Source of the DNA: an uncultured Gammaproteobacteria bacterium
GTDB taxonomy: Bacteria > Patescibacteriota > Microgenomatia > Levybacterales > UBA12049
Assembly (NCBI GenBank): GCA_964503265.1
Contig: CAZCYO010000003.1
Span: 91,575-155,574, forward strand
DNA length: 64,000 nucleotides
Direction: 5' to 3'
Below are positions 8,654 through 17,858 of this stretch, one piece after another. The position numbers and the translations under genes are program-made. Below the pieces are notes generated by a model that ran no database searches, had not been told where the DNA came from, and worked only from the letters and a program-made list of their open reading frames with translations. The stretch's first letter is position 1. Each line of letters opens with the position of its first letter.

Positions 8654-9262
8654 TTGGATTGCGGAGAAAATATGAACTTGCTATGCTTGCTTTATATGGT
8701 AGTCAACAAAACGGTTATTACACTCTTTGTTTTGTATACGCTCTTTTCTGCACATGTACTATATACCTCTGTTACTTCGTATCGTTTGAACGATGCTCCA
8801 CGAATTTTCTTGAAAGATCCAAATGCTCCTGAACGCATTAATGCAGCTATTTCCGCAGATCATAATATGCCATTTGTTGCTAGAACGCTTCATAATAAAG
8901 TATTAGTTTCTTGGCAAGTAGTTACTGATGCAATCTATCGTTCATTAGACATTTCATTTCTCTTTTCTCTAACTTCACGATCTTCACTCTATGATAATCC
9001 AGGGAAGATGCAAATGCTTCCATTTTTTGAACTTCCATTCTTTTTTGTCGCGGTTATTTTTTTTATTAAACGTTGGGAAAAAATGAAAATGTATGGAATA
9101 GTCGTAGTGAGTTTGCTTATTTTTTCACTACTTGTGGTTGGTGTAATGTGGCCGTTTATTTTCCCATTAAAACTTATACTTTTAATGATTACGATTCAAT
9201 TAATTATTTTTTTAGGGAATGTTGGATTAGTTAGTGAAATAGTGCAATGGCAAAAAAAATAA
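8654..9262 (+). CDS. hypothetical membrane protein
   Basis: 202 aa with an N-terminal TM, a soluble middle and C-terminal TMs. No motif recognised. Confidence 0.35.
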   Translation: MDCGENMNLLCLLYMVVNKTVITLFVLYTLFSAHVLYTSVTSYRLNDAPRIFLKDPNAPERINAAISADHNMPFVARTLHNKVLVSWQVVTDAIYRSLDISFLFSLTSRSSLYDNPGKMQMLPFFELPFFFVAVIFFIKRWEKMKMYGIVVVSLLIFSLLVVGVMWPFIFPLKLILLMITIQLIIFLGNVGLVSEIVQWQKK

Positions 9263-10914
9263 TTCTTATCATTTTTATTTGTGTGGGGATATGTTTGAGA
9301 GTGTATCAAATTACTAGTCTTCCGGCTGGGCTGTTTATGGATGAAATTTCTATTGCGGTAAATGCTAAAAATATTGCACAAAATGGAATGGATGAATACG
9401 GCAGGCATTTACCGTTTGGATTTGAATCAGTATCAGACTATAAAATGCCTGGATATATCTATGTGACTGCTTTTTTCTTTACACTTTTTGGGCCTGAACT
9501 GATCACTGTTAGAATAACAGCACTCCTTGCTGGGATTATCAGTATTGGCTTATTAGCTTATTTCGCAACACTGCTTTTCCCTGAAAAAAAAGACATCGGG
9601 CTTATAACTGCATTTGTTACTTCACTTTGTTTGTATGAAATTCATTTTAGTCGTATCGCTTATGAAAGTATGTTTGCGACGATGTCTATGCTAATCTATT
9701 TCATCTCTTTTTTTAGTATTCTCAAAAACCCTAATAAATATTACTGGTATGGCATTGGTGCATTATTTTTTATCTTGAGTTGTTGGACGTACCCTGCCCC
9801 CAAATTTATTATGCCTCTTGTAACTGCCGGAATTCTGTGTATGTTCATTTTTATTTCACCAGAGAAGTATAAGAGAAAACATATTATCCAAGTAACGCTT
9901 TTTTTTCTTTTTATTGCCGTGATTGCTTATATTCCAAGTATCCTAAATCCCATATTTGATCGAAGACCAATAAGTTATATTACTGAGGGAACAGACGGAT
10001 CAATATTGCAAATTTTGGTTAAAAAGGGGCCTCTCATTCTTTCCTCATGGTTGCGTATATTTAATTTTGAATTCCTGTTTGATAAAGGAGACACATTTGC
10101 TTATCGTCATGGCACGAAAGAGACAGGAATTTTTATGAGTATTTTCCTCATCCCTTTTGTCTTTGGAATAGTGACATTTTTGAAAGAATTTCATGTTAAA
10201 AAGATCTCCTTTGTTTTTGTTCTCCTTCTTACAATTATTGCTGGGTTGCCATCTGCGTTGACTTCGGAAACTCCCTATGGTCCACGTCTTGTTCCTATGA
10301 TGATTTCACTTATTTTATTTGTTTCACTTGGAGTTGTTTCGTGTTTCAGTTTTTTTGATAAACAGAAACAGTTGTTTAAAACTGGGATTGGTGGTTTAGT
10401 CTTAGTTGTACTATCGTTTCAAACATTTCTTTTTGCTCATATTTATTTCAATCATTTTAAAACAACAAGTCTCCCTGAATTTCCTGCAGCGCAAACACAA
10501 CTAGGCAAATACATTAAGCAGCTTCATGAGGATAATCTGGAAACAAAGATATATCTATTTAATGATAAAAGTTGTCATCTTTGGGGACATGATGATCTTC
10601 ACGTATGGTACTTTGCTGATTTACCAAATGAACATATGATCGTATGGAACAACATATTTCGTACAAAACGCTATGCATATGGAAGTCCATTTGACGCCTA
10701 TGATAATATCGTCATTCCGCGTAATGAATTTGATAATGTTATCTTTTATTCTGGGTATGATGAAATGGAACATGCACCAACTGGTTCATACATAGTTCGC
10801 TGCGGTTTTTTTGCCCCCACAATTAATAATAAAACAGAGAGAATCATTAAGATTTTTTATCAATATGAAGTAGAACAACGAGATCCTTATTTTGTCATAT
10901 CTCAGAGAAAGTAA
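9247..10914 (+). CDS. GT-C glycosyltransferase (GT39/ArnT-PMT family, lipid-carrier dependent)
   Basis: N-terminal TM then loop YQITSLPAGLFMDEISIAVNAKNIAQNG (DE motif). About 11 TM helices and an extracytoplasmic C-terminal domain. Confidence 0.65.
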   Translation: MAKKIILIIFICVGICLRVYQITSLPAGLFMDEISIAVNAKNIAQNGMDEYGRHLPFGFESVSDYKMPGYIYVTAFFFTLFGPELITVRITALLAGIISIGLLAYFATLLFPEKKDIGLITAFVTSLCLYEIHFSRIAYESMFATMSMLIYFISFFSILKNPNKYYWYGIGALFFILSCWTYPAPKFIMPLVTAGILCMFIFISPEKYKRKHIIQVTLFFLFIAVIAYIPSILNPIFDRRPISYITEGTDGSILQILVKKGPLILSSWLRIFNFEFLFDKGDTFAYRHGTKETGIFMSIFLIPFVFGIVTFLKEFHVKKISFVFVLLLTIIAGLPSALTSETPYGPRLVPMMISLILFVSLGVVSCFSFFDKQKQLFKTGIGGLVLVVLSFQTFLFAHIYFNHFKTTSLPEFPAAQTQLGKYIKQLHEDNLETKIYLFNDKSCHLWGHDDLHVWYFADLPNEHMIVWNNIFRTKRYAYGSPFDAYDNIVIPRNEFDNVIFYSGYDEMEHAPTGSYIVRCGFFAPTINNKTERIIKIFYQYEVEQRDPYFVISQRK

Positions 10915-10955
10915 ATGATCTTCCGCATATTTGCAACCTGTAGCGATCATGTATA

Positions 10956-11384
10956 ATGACATCAATGAAACAACCACATGAATATTTTTTATATGTTGCC
11001 TGGATGATTAGTGTCCTATCAGTTCTAACTAGCTTGTATTTTAGTGAGATATTGCATTTTGCTCCATGTGTGCTTTGTTGGTATCAACGTGTTTTCATGT
11101 ATCCACTTCCTTTTATTCTTACGATTGGAATCATAAAAAAAGATAAGGCGCTGCCTGTATATGTATCAGTACTCTGTTCAGTTGGATGGATCATAGCCTT
11201 ATATCATGTGTTATTGTATTATCATATTATTCCAGAACAGTTAGCACCATGCACAATTGGTGTATCTTGTACGACAAAGTTTATTGAATACTTTGGTTTT
11301 ATAACAATTCCTTTTTTGTCTTTTGTCGCGTTTAGTAGTATTATATTGTCGATGATATTGTATAAAAAAGGAGAACAAAAATGA
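10956..11384 (+). CDS. disulfide bond formation protein (DsbB/BdbC family)
   Basis: LYFSEILHFAPCVLCWYQR and the second Cys pair CTIGVSC, then FGFITIPFL. The overall similarity to Bacillus BdbC is close. Confidence 0.8.
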   Translation: MTSMKQPHEYFLYVAWMISVLSVLTSLYFSEILHFAPCVLCWYQRVFMYPLPFILTIGIIKKDKALPVYVSVLCSVGWIIALYHVLLYYHIIPEQLAPCTIGVSCTTKFIEYFGFITIPFLSFVAFSSIILSMILYKKGEQK

Positions 11385-12040
11385 CACAAGAAGTGAAAAT
11401 GCTATTGGGATTTGGAATAGTAACGGTAGTTGTATTAGCTGGAGGAATCTTTCTGCTTACGAAATCCCAACCAGTTGTTGATACATCTGCAGCAGTAACT
11501 GGTGACACCAAAAAACTCCTCATACGAGATTCAAGTCATAAAACGACGAACGAAGTTAAAAAAGTGCAAATAGTAGAATTTGCAGACTTTCAGTGTCCAG
11601 CTTGTGGAGTTGCATTTCCAGTTGTTGAGAATATTCGTAAAACATATGGCGATAAGATAACGTATGTGTATCGAAATTTCCCACTTATGCAACATCCTCA
11701 AGGTAAACCAGCGGCGGCTGCAGCAGAGGCAGCAGGAAAACAAGGAAAATTTTGGGAAATGTATGCACTTCTTTTCTCGAAACAAAATGAATGGAGTGGA
11801 AAAAGTAATGCTGACGAGATTTTTAGTGGTTATGCAAAAAATCTAAATTTGGATATTGGCAAGTTTACTCAAGATAGTCTCTCAGAAGAAGTAGCAAATC
11901 GTATTGCACAAGATATAAGTGATGGCACATCACTTGGTGTTAATCAAACTCCAACATTTTTTATTAATGGTGAAATCAATCCTGGAATCCTAGATGAGAC
12001 TACACTTAAAACAAAGATTGATGAACTGCTTAAAAAATAA
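11381..12040 (+). CDS. thiol-disulfide oxidoreductase (DsbA/BdbD-like thioredoxin fold)
   Basis: N-terminal TM anchor and VEFADFQCPACGV active site (CPAC). Its start overlaps the DsbB stop (ATGA coupling). Confidence 0.7.
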   Translation: MTQEVKMLLGFGIVTVVVLAGGIFLLTKSQPVVDTSAAVTGDTKKLLIRDSSHKTTNEVKKVQIVEFADFQCPACGVAFPVVENIRKTYGDKITYVYRNFPLMQHPQGKPAAAAAEAAGKQGKFWEMYALLFSKQNEWSGKSNADEIFSGYAKNLNLDIGKFTQDSLSEEVANRIAQDISDGTSLGVNQTPTFFINGEINPGILDETTLKTKIDELLKK

Positions 12041-12198
12041 TGTTTAATATAAATGATCCAGTTACTAAGCTTGTTGCTACAGTCGTAACGATTGGAATTG
12101 GGATATTATTAATCACGATCTTTCCTATCGGTCTTTTTGCATTTGCAGCTTTAGGTGGAGTTCTTTATTATTTATTTAAAAATAAAAAAAATACATAA
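12040..12198 (+). CDS. small membrane protein (52 aa)
   Basis: Its ATG overlaps the dsbA-like stop (taATG). MFNINDPVTKLVATVVTIGIGILLITIFPIGLFAFAALGGVLYYLFKNKKNT has two TM segments. It is below the ORF-track cutoff. Confidence 0.3.
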   Translation: MFNINDPVTKLVATVVTIGIGILLITIFPIGLFAFAALGGVLYYLFKNKKNT

Positions 12199-12240
12199 TA
12201 TAACGAAAGACTACTGTGTCTAAAGCGAGGTGATACAAAT

Positions 12241-12492
12241 ATGCCTACAAAAAAAACACACCAAGAAACATTTCATGTAACAGGCGAAAACTTACTTGCA
12301 AAAGTTAAAGAGCTTATTAAAGAAGGCAATGTAAGAAGAATTAGTATTAAAGATAAAAAAGGAAAGGTTATTGTGGAATTTCCATTAACGATTGGAGTTG
12401 TTGGTGCACTTATTGCACCAGTCTTAGCAGCAATTGGCGCTATTGCAGCACTTATTGGTGAGTGTTCAATTACTGTTGAAAGAGAATCGTAA
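12241..12492 (+). CDS. DUF4342-like small protein
   Basis: 83 aa. The hydrophobic Gly/Ala-rich C-terminus (TIGVVGALIAPVLAAIGAIAALIG) resembles DUF4342-type proteins. Confidence 0.4.
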   Translation: MPTKKTHQETFHVTGENLLAKVKELIKEGNVRRISIKDKKGKVIVEFPLTIGVVGALIAPVLAAIGAIAALIGECSITVERES

Positions 12493-12536
12493 ATATCTTA
12501 CTTGAAAAAAGACCATAACTCTACCATAATAATGGT

Positions 12537-12878
12537 ATGGAAATACTTATTCGCTGGTTACTCTCATCACTTTCTGTAATAGCAGCAGCATATCTATTAC
12601 CAGGAATACACGTTGAAAATTTTGTAACTGCACTTGTTGTGTCACTCCTCCTTGGTATACTCAATGCTGTTGTAAAACCGGTGTTAGTTATCCTTACTCT
12701 TCCTATTACGATTTTATCAATGGGGCTTTTTACTTTTATTATTAACGCGCTATTAATTCTGTTAACAAGTATGATCGTTCATGGATTTGTAGTTGATGGA
12801 TTTTTATGGGCACTTGCTTTTAGTATTATTTTATCTCTTATTCAATCTATTCTAACAACTCTTTTTGCCTCGAAATAG
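12537..12878 (+). CDS. YvlD/DUF360 (phage-holin-4_2-like) membrane protein
   Basis: 113 aa with four TM segments. GILNAVVKPVLVILTLPITILSMGLFTFIINALLI is typical of this family. Confidence 0.5.
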   Translation: MEILIRWLLSSLSVIAAAYLLPGIHVENFVTALVVSLLLGILNAVVKPVLVILTLPITILSMGLFTFIINALLILLTSMIVHGFVVDGFLWALAFSIILSLIQSILTTLFASK

Positions 12879-13002
12879 TTCCACTTTACATTTTATAAAA
12901 TCCTGCTACTATGGATGTATGTTTGTTTCATTTTTTCAAAACTTGATACTATTAGTCTTTGCATTTAGCTTCGTTCTCTTCTTTCGTGATGTATTTAAAT
13001 AA

Positions 13003-13308
13003 TTACTCGTACATTTGTGCCCATGTATTCATTTGAGTAAAAATCTCCTTTAATGCTTCCCCTTTTTTTGTAAGTGAGTATTCAACATGAAGAGGAACTT
13101 CAGCAAAGATTTTCTTCTTGATAATGCCACTTTTTTCAAGGGTGTGAAGACGTAATGAAAGAGTTTTAGGACTAATTCCTAAAAGCGCTCTCTCTAATTC
13201 TCCAAATCGTTTTGTTCCACTACAGAGCGTGTAAATAATGAGCATTGTCCATTTACTGCCAATTATTTTAAGTGTTTTTGTGACCCCACAGGGTTTTTCG
13301 TCAGTCAT
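13003..13308 (-). CDS. HxlR-family winged-helix transcriptional regulator
   Basis: CGVTKTLKIIGSKWTMLIIYTL...RFGELERAL..ISPKTLSLRLHTLEKSGII...VEYSLTKKGEAL. Confidence 0.8.
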   Translation of the reverse strand: MTDEKPCGVTKTLKIIGSKWTMLIIYTLCSGTKRFGELERALLGISPKTLSLRLHTLEKSGIIKKKIFAEVPLHVEYSLTKKGEALKEIFTQMNTWAQMYE

Positions 13309-13322
13309 AGTATGCTTTCCTT

Positions 13323-13341
13323 TTTGTAACTACTTTACAAA
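13323..13341. promoter_or_regulatory. inverted repeat TTTGTAA-N5-TTACAAA in the divergent hxlR/LUD promoter region (candidate HxlR operator)
   Basis: Perfect 7-bp inverted repeat at 13323-13329 and 13335-13341, immediately followed by a TATAGTAT -10-like box. Confidence 0.3.
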
Positions 13342-13532
13342 GTATAGTATAAGCCGTATGATGAATTTCTGCAAGATGGAGAAGATCTTTGAAGAGTTTC
13401 CAGGATATCTAAGAACTGCGAGATTTCTTGTGAGCTCAAAACCAGTATGGAGGCAGAGTATTACTTTGTAACATCTTAGCAGCACATGTTCGTAATAGAT
13501 TGGTTAATCTAGGAATGAGAGGTGAATTATAT

Positions 13533-14144
13533 ATGAAACAATTTGATCAAATTGCAACAAACGAAATAATCGAAAAAACTGCTCATGCACTTGAAGCGAA
13601 TGGTATTAAAACTATGGTTGTTGAGTCAGCAACTGAGGCAAAAGAAATGGTGTTATCAATGCTTCCTGAACATGCTGAAGTGATGACTATGACATCTGTT
13701 ACGCTTGATGAATTAGGCCTTTCACAAGAAATTTCAGAATCTAATAAGTATACTGCAGTTCATCCAACTCTATTACGCATGAATAGAGAGACGCAAGATA
13801 AAGAGATGAAGCAAATGCGTTCTGTTAATGAGTATTCAGTTGGTAGTGTTCATGCAGTCACTGAAGATGGTCATGTCCTCATTGCATCTCGAACGGGAAG
13901 TCAGCTTTCGGCATATGTCTTTGGTGCAACACATGTTATTTGGGTTGTCGGAGCCCAAAAAATTGTTAAGGATACAGCTGAAGGCATGAAGCGGATCTAT
14001 GATTACGTTCTGCCGCTTGAGGCAGATCGAGCTCATAAAGCATATGGAGTTGCAGGTAGTCACGTCAATAAGTTACTGATTTATAATCGTGAAGACGGTG
14101 AGCGACTTACGCTTATTTTAGTTAAAGAAAAATTAGGATTTTAG
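13533..14144 (+). CDS. LUD-domain (lactate-utilization LutB/LutC-like, DUF162) protein
   Basis: VHAVTEDGHVLIASRTGSQLSAYVFGATHVIWVVGAQKIV is typical of the LUD domain. Start placed at ATG 13533 after a GAGAGGTGA RBS. Confidence 0.55.
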   Translation: MKQFDQIATNEIIEKTAHALEANGIKTMVVESATEAKEMVLSMLPEHAEVMTMTSVTLDELGLSQEISESNKYTAVHPTLLRMNRETQDKEMKQMRSVNEYSVGSVHAVTEDGHVLIASRTGSQLSAYVFGATHVIWVVGAQKIVKDTAEGMKRIYDYVLPLEADRAHKAYGVAGSHVNKLLIYNREDGERLTLILVKEKLGF

Positions 14145-14149
14145 TTTAG

Positions 14150-15049
14150 TTGACAGAGGAATACTCATTTCTTATAGTAGAAGGTACTACGATGCTTTCT
14201 ACTTCTGAGTATTCCTCTTCATCTTTTTTTAATCTACTTTTATCTCGATGGGAATCTACCAATTCACTGCTTTGTGTTGGTCTTGATCCCGACCTATCTA
14301 AAATGCCCTCTTCGTTTAGAGATGAAAAAAAGCCACTAGAAGAAAGACTTTTTGCTTTTAACAAAGCTATTATTACTGCGACACATGATCTCGTATGTTG
14401 TTATAAACCCCAAGCAGCTTTTTATGAGCAATATGGTGTTGATGGGCTCAACGCGTTACATAAAACAGTTGCATATATTCACGAAGCTTTTCCAGAGGTC
14501 CCCGTATTATTTGACGCGAAACGAGGAGATATTGGTTCGACAGCCGAAGCTTATGCGATCTCTATTTTTGATAGTATACGTGCAGATGGTGTAACGATAA
14601 ATCCATATTTAGGAAAAGATAGCGCCCAGCCGTTTTTGGACAGAAAAGAAAAAGGCATATTTATCCTTGCGAAAACCTCCAATTCTGGTAGTAGTGATTT
14701 CCAAAATAAAAGCGTTGAAGGGATGCCATTATATGAATATGTAGCAACGATTGTCTGTACTAAATGGAATAGTAATCAAAACTGCGGATTAGTTGTTGGG
14801 GCAACATATCCAGAAGAACTAAGAAAAGTACGTAGTATTATTCATGACATGACATTGCTCATACCTGGAATTGGCGCACAGGGCGGAAATATTCAAGAAA
14901 CAGTTACTGCAGGAAAGAATGCGGAGGGAACTGGTATGATTATTTCATCGTCTCGAGCAATTCTCTATGCGTCAGTCGGTGATGATTTTCCTGAAGCAGC
15001 AAGATGCGTAGCAAAAGATACGAATGAAGAGATTAATAAATGGAGATAA
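14150..15049 (+). CDS. pyrF: orotidine-5'-phosphate decarboxylase (type 2)
   Basis: SLLCVGLDPD, LFDAKRGDIGSTAEAYA and LIPGIGAQGG. An alternative start lies at 14192. Confidence 0.8.
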   Translation: MTEEYSFLIVEGTTMLSTSEYSSSSFFNLLLSRWESTNSLLCVGLDPDLSKMPSSFRDEKKPLEERLFAFNKAIITATHDLVCCYKPQAAFYEQYGVDGLNALHKTVAYIHEAFPEVPVLFDAKRGDIGSTAEAYAISIFDSIRADGVTINPYLGKDSAQPFLDRKEKGIFILAKTSNSGSSDFQNKSVEGMPLYEYVATIVCTKWNSNQNCGLVVGATYPEELRKVRSIIHDMTLLIPGIGAQGGNIQETVTAGKNAEGTGMIISSSRAILYASVGDDFPEAARCVAKDTNEEINKWR

Positions 15050-16108
15050 ATGCAAATGGCTAATATAATTACGTTACCAGGACTTATTGACCCGCATGTT
15101 CACTTTAGAACACCAGGACAAGAACAAAAAGAAGACTTTACGACTGGTACCTCGGCAGCAGTGGCAGGAGGCTATACGACTGTTATTGATATGCCAAATA
15201 ACACGCTTCCAATTACAACAAAAGAACGATTAGATGAGAAAAAAAATATTGCTCAAACACAAGCTGTTTGTGATATCGGATTTTATTTTGGTTCACTTGG
15301 CGATAATCTTGATCAATTTGCTGAGGTTGATGCTCATGTAAAAGGTCTTAAGCTCTACTTAAACGAAACAACTGGAAATTTCCTTATTAATCGTAAGGTT
15401 ATGGGAGAAATATTTGATGCATGGTCTGGCGCTACACCAATTATGCTTCACGCAGAAGATGATGCGGTAGCAGCGGTCATTGAAATAGTTACTAAAACGA
15501 GAAAAAAAGCGCATTTCTGCCATATTTCAACAAGTGCTGATCTTAAACAGATTATTGAGGCAAAACATAAGGGACTTCCTATAACATGTGGTGTTACTCC
15601 ACACCATTTATTTTTAACTGAAGAAGACACAAATCGACTTCAGTCGCTAGGGCGTATGAAGCCACCATTAAGATCAAAAGAAGAACAGGATTTTCTTTGG
15701 CAACACATCGATGTCATTGATGTCATAGAATCTGATCATGCGCCACATACACTCGCTGAAAAACAGCAGAACCCAGCGCCCTATGGTGTTCCAGGACTTG
15801 AGACAACACTTCCCTTGCTTCTGACTGCTGTTAACGAAGAAAAGTTACATTTAGATGACGTTAAACGGCTCTGTAATACAAATGCTGCTATGATTTGGAA
15901 TATACATCAAGAACATGATACATACATTGAAGTTGATATGAATGAGATTTATGTATTAAATCGTTCGATACTTCATAGTAAATGTGGCTGGTCGCCATTT
16001 GAAGGAAAACAAATGAGAGGAAGAGTGATGAAAACAGTTATTCGTGGGACTACCGTATTTGAACATGGTAAAGTACTCGTACGGCCAGGTTTTGGAAAAA
16101 TACTTTAG
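15050..16108 (+). CDS. pyrC: dihydroorotase
   Basis: LPGLIDPHVHFRTPGQEQKEDFTTGTSAAVAGGYTTVIDMPNN, plus the amidohydrolase metal ligands HxH and DHAPH. Confidence 0.8.
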   Translation: MQMANIITLPGLIDPHVHFRTPGQEQKEDFTTGTSAAVAGGYTTVIDMPNNTLPITTKERLDEKKNIAQTQAVCDIGFYFGSLGDNLDQFAEVDAHVKGLKLYLNETTGNFLINRKVMGEIFDAWSGATPIMLHAEDDAVAAVIEIVTKTRKKAHFCHISTSADLKQIIEAKHKGLPITCGVTPHHLFLTEEDTNRLQSLGRMKPPLRSKEEQDFLWQHIDVIDVIESDHAPHTLAEKQQNPAPYGVPGLETTLPLLLTAVNEEKLHLDDVKRLCNTNAAMIWNIHQEHDTYIEVDMNEIYVLNRSILHSKCGWSPFEGKQMRGRVMKTVIRGTTVFEHGKVLVRPGFGKIL

Positions 16109-16110
16109 GA

Positions 16111-16735
16111 ATGAAAAACGTTATAGAGATCTTAAAAAGTGTACAAGCAATTCTTGCTGATGATCATTTTGTATATACCTCAGGCCTTCATGGGGATATC
16201 TACATAAATAAAGATGCACTATATCCGCATACTACTGCCGCATCGGAAGTTGGAAAGTTATTTGCTGAAAAAGCAAAGAATATGGAGGTTGATGTTGTAG
16301 CTGCACCGGCATTGGGAGGTATAATTCTCTCTCAATGGACCGCATTTCATTTATCAAAAATCTTACAAAAAGAAGTTCTTGGTGTATATACAGAAAAAAC
16401 TCCTGAAAAAAAATCAGATCTTTACTCGTGGATACGATGCAATCGTTAAAGGGAAAAATGTGTTAATCATTGAAGATTTAACAACCACAGGAGAATCTGT
16501 CAAAAAAGTTATTGAAAGTGTTAAGAGCGCCCAGGGAGTTGTCTCTGCAGTTGGTGTTATGGTGAATCGAAATCCTCAAGAAGTTACACAGGATTTTATT
16601 GGTGAGGTATTCTTTGCACTCGGCGAACTTCCTATGAAGACATATACTGAGGACCTATGTGTTTTTTGTAAAAAAGGAGTGCCGATAAATACTCGTATCG
16701 GACATGGGAGAAAATTTGTTAAGGATATGAGGTAG
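16111..16735 (+). pseudogene. pyrE: orotate phosphoribosyltransferase interrupted by a +1 frameshift in an A8 run (16406-16413)
   Basis: The N-terminal half (16111-16449) and the C-terminal half carrying the PRPP motif VLIIEDLTTTGES (frame +1, to 16735) are in different frames. Deleting one A from the 8-A run restores ...TEKTPEKNQIFTRGYDAIVKGKNVLIIEDL. Confidence 0.7.
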
Positions 16736-16736
16736 C

Positions 16737-17825
16737 TTATTTTTTATATGTTGCTTTTATTTCTTGCGCTAAAAAAGGATTCCACATTGCACCTGTTGCC
16801 GATTGAATAAGATCTGCACCGACGTCTTGGTAGTCGCCATAATCTTTAGCAGTCATTACTCCACCTACGCCGATAATTGCAAATTCTTTCTTTACCTTCT
16901 CACGAATTATTTTCAATCTTTTTACCATATCAATACCTGCCCATTTCACACTTGCTCCACAAATACCACTTTTTAGTCTTCCTTTTCCGGGAAGTGCTTG
17001 TTTGCCATTTTTTGTTACAACTGTTGCAGAAATCGTATTAATTGCTGCAATTCCAGAAATAAAGGGAGAGATATCGTTTATTATTGTCATAAGGAGTTCT
17101 TCTTGCTCTAAAGAATAATACCCAACTTTAACTATTAGTGGGATATCTCCAATAGCTTCTTTTGAGCGCTGTGTTATTTTTTTGACAAATTCTCGTGTGT
17201 AACAAATGACTCCTTCACTTGCGACATTTGGACAGGAAAGGTTTATTTCAATGACTTTTATTCCAGTTTCAGCAGCAAGTTTTGCTGCCAGTGCAAAATC
17301 GTTGAAATATGTCTCTTCTGTCATTCCTTCACGAATTGTTCCAACAACACTACCAATTAGTAATTGGCCGTTTTTTACATATGAAAGCGCTTTTTTCATA
17401 TCTTCTTGCCAATATTCTGGGCCACGAGAAGGAATACCAAAAGAGTTAGTAATACTTAGCTGAGATAGAGAAGAAGGTGTTTGTGTGTCACCAATAAGTG
17501 CTTGTTTCGCTTTTTCTAATGTTAAATCTCCACGTGGATGAACAAATAAAACATTTGGAAAGTCATTTACCGGGAAAAAACCTGTTCGTTGTGTTTTATA
17601 ATGAAGCACGTCAAATCCTTTTTCAAATGCTGCTTTAAGATAGTGACTATTAAGAAGTGGTCCGGATGGAATACCAAATGGGAGATTAACTGGAAATCCC
17701 AGAAAGGTTTGTGTAGGATGTTCTAATTCTTTATAGACAGTCTCATCCCTAAATGCGCCGTAGGGTCCTTGTGTAAAATTTTCTTCGTAAGATTTTGCTG
17801 GATCATAAATAGGATCTAATAACAT
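16737..17825 (-). CDS. pyrD: dihydroorotate dehydrogenase family protein (class 1-like)
   Basis: IEINLSCPN motif, GIAAINT and IIGVGGV (FMN-binding TIM barrel). Confidence 0.7.
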   Translation of the reverse strand: MLLDPIYDPAKSYEENFTQGPYGAFRDETVYKELEHPTQTFLGFPVNLPFGIPSGPLLNSHYLKAAFEKGFDVLHYKTQRTGFFPVNDFPNVLFVHPRGDLTLEKAKQALIGDTQTPSSLSQLSITNSFGIPSRGPEYWQEDMKKALSYVKNGQLLIGSVVGTIREGMTEETYFNDFALAAKLAAETGIKVIEINLSCPNVASEGVICYTREFVKKITQRSKEAIGDIPLIVKVGYYSLEQEELLMTIINDISPFISGIAAINTISATVVTKNGKQALPGKGRLKSGICGASVKWAGIDMVKRLKIIREKVKKEFAIIGVGGVMTAKDYGDYQDVGADLIQSATGAMWNPFLAQEIKATYKK

Positions 17826-17858
17826 TGTTATCTATACTACTTAACAGATTGTATGTCG

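Noticed and set aside
8654-10914. Possibility that 8654-9262 and 9247-10914 are two halves of one frameshifted GT39 gene
   Set aside because: The 9247 ORF starts with the canonical GT39 N-terminus (TM1 plus the DE loop), so it is complete on its own. The upstream ORF is an independent membrane protein.
12879-13002. Intergenic spacers scanned for tRNA or other ncRNA genes (also 18624-18701, 28830-28905, 45983-46283, 59861-59951)
   Set aside because: No tRNA T-loop or acceptor-stem pattern and no rRNA-like sequence was recognised by eye. A tRNAscan or Infernal run would be needed to be certain.
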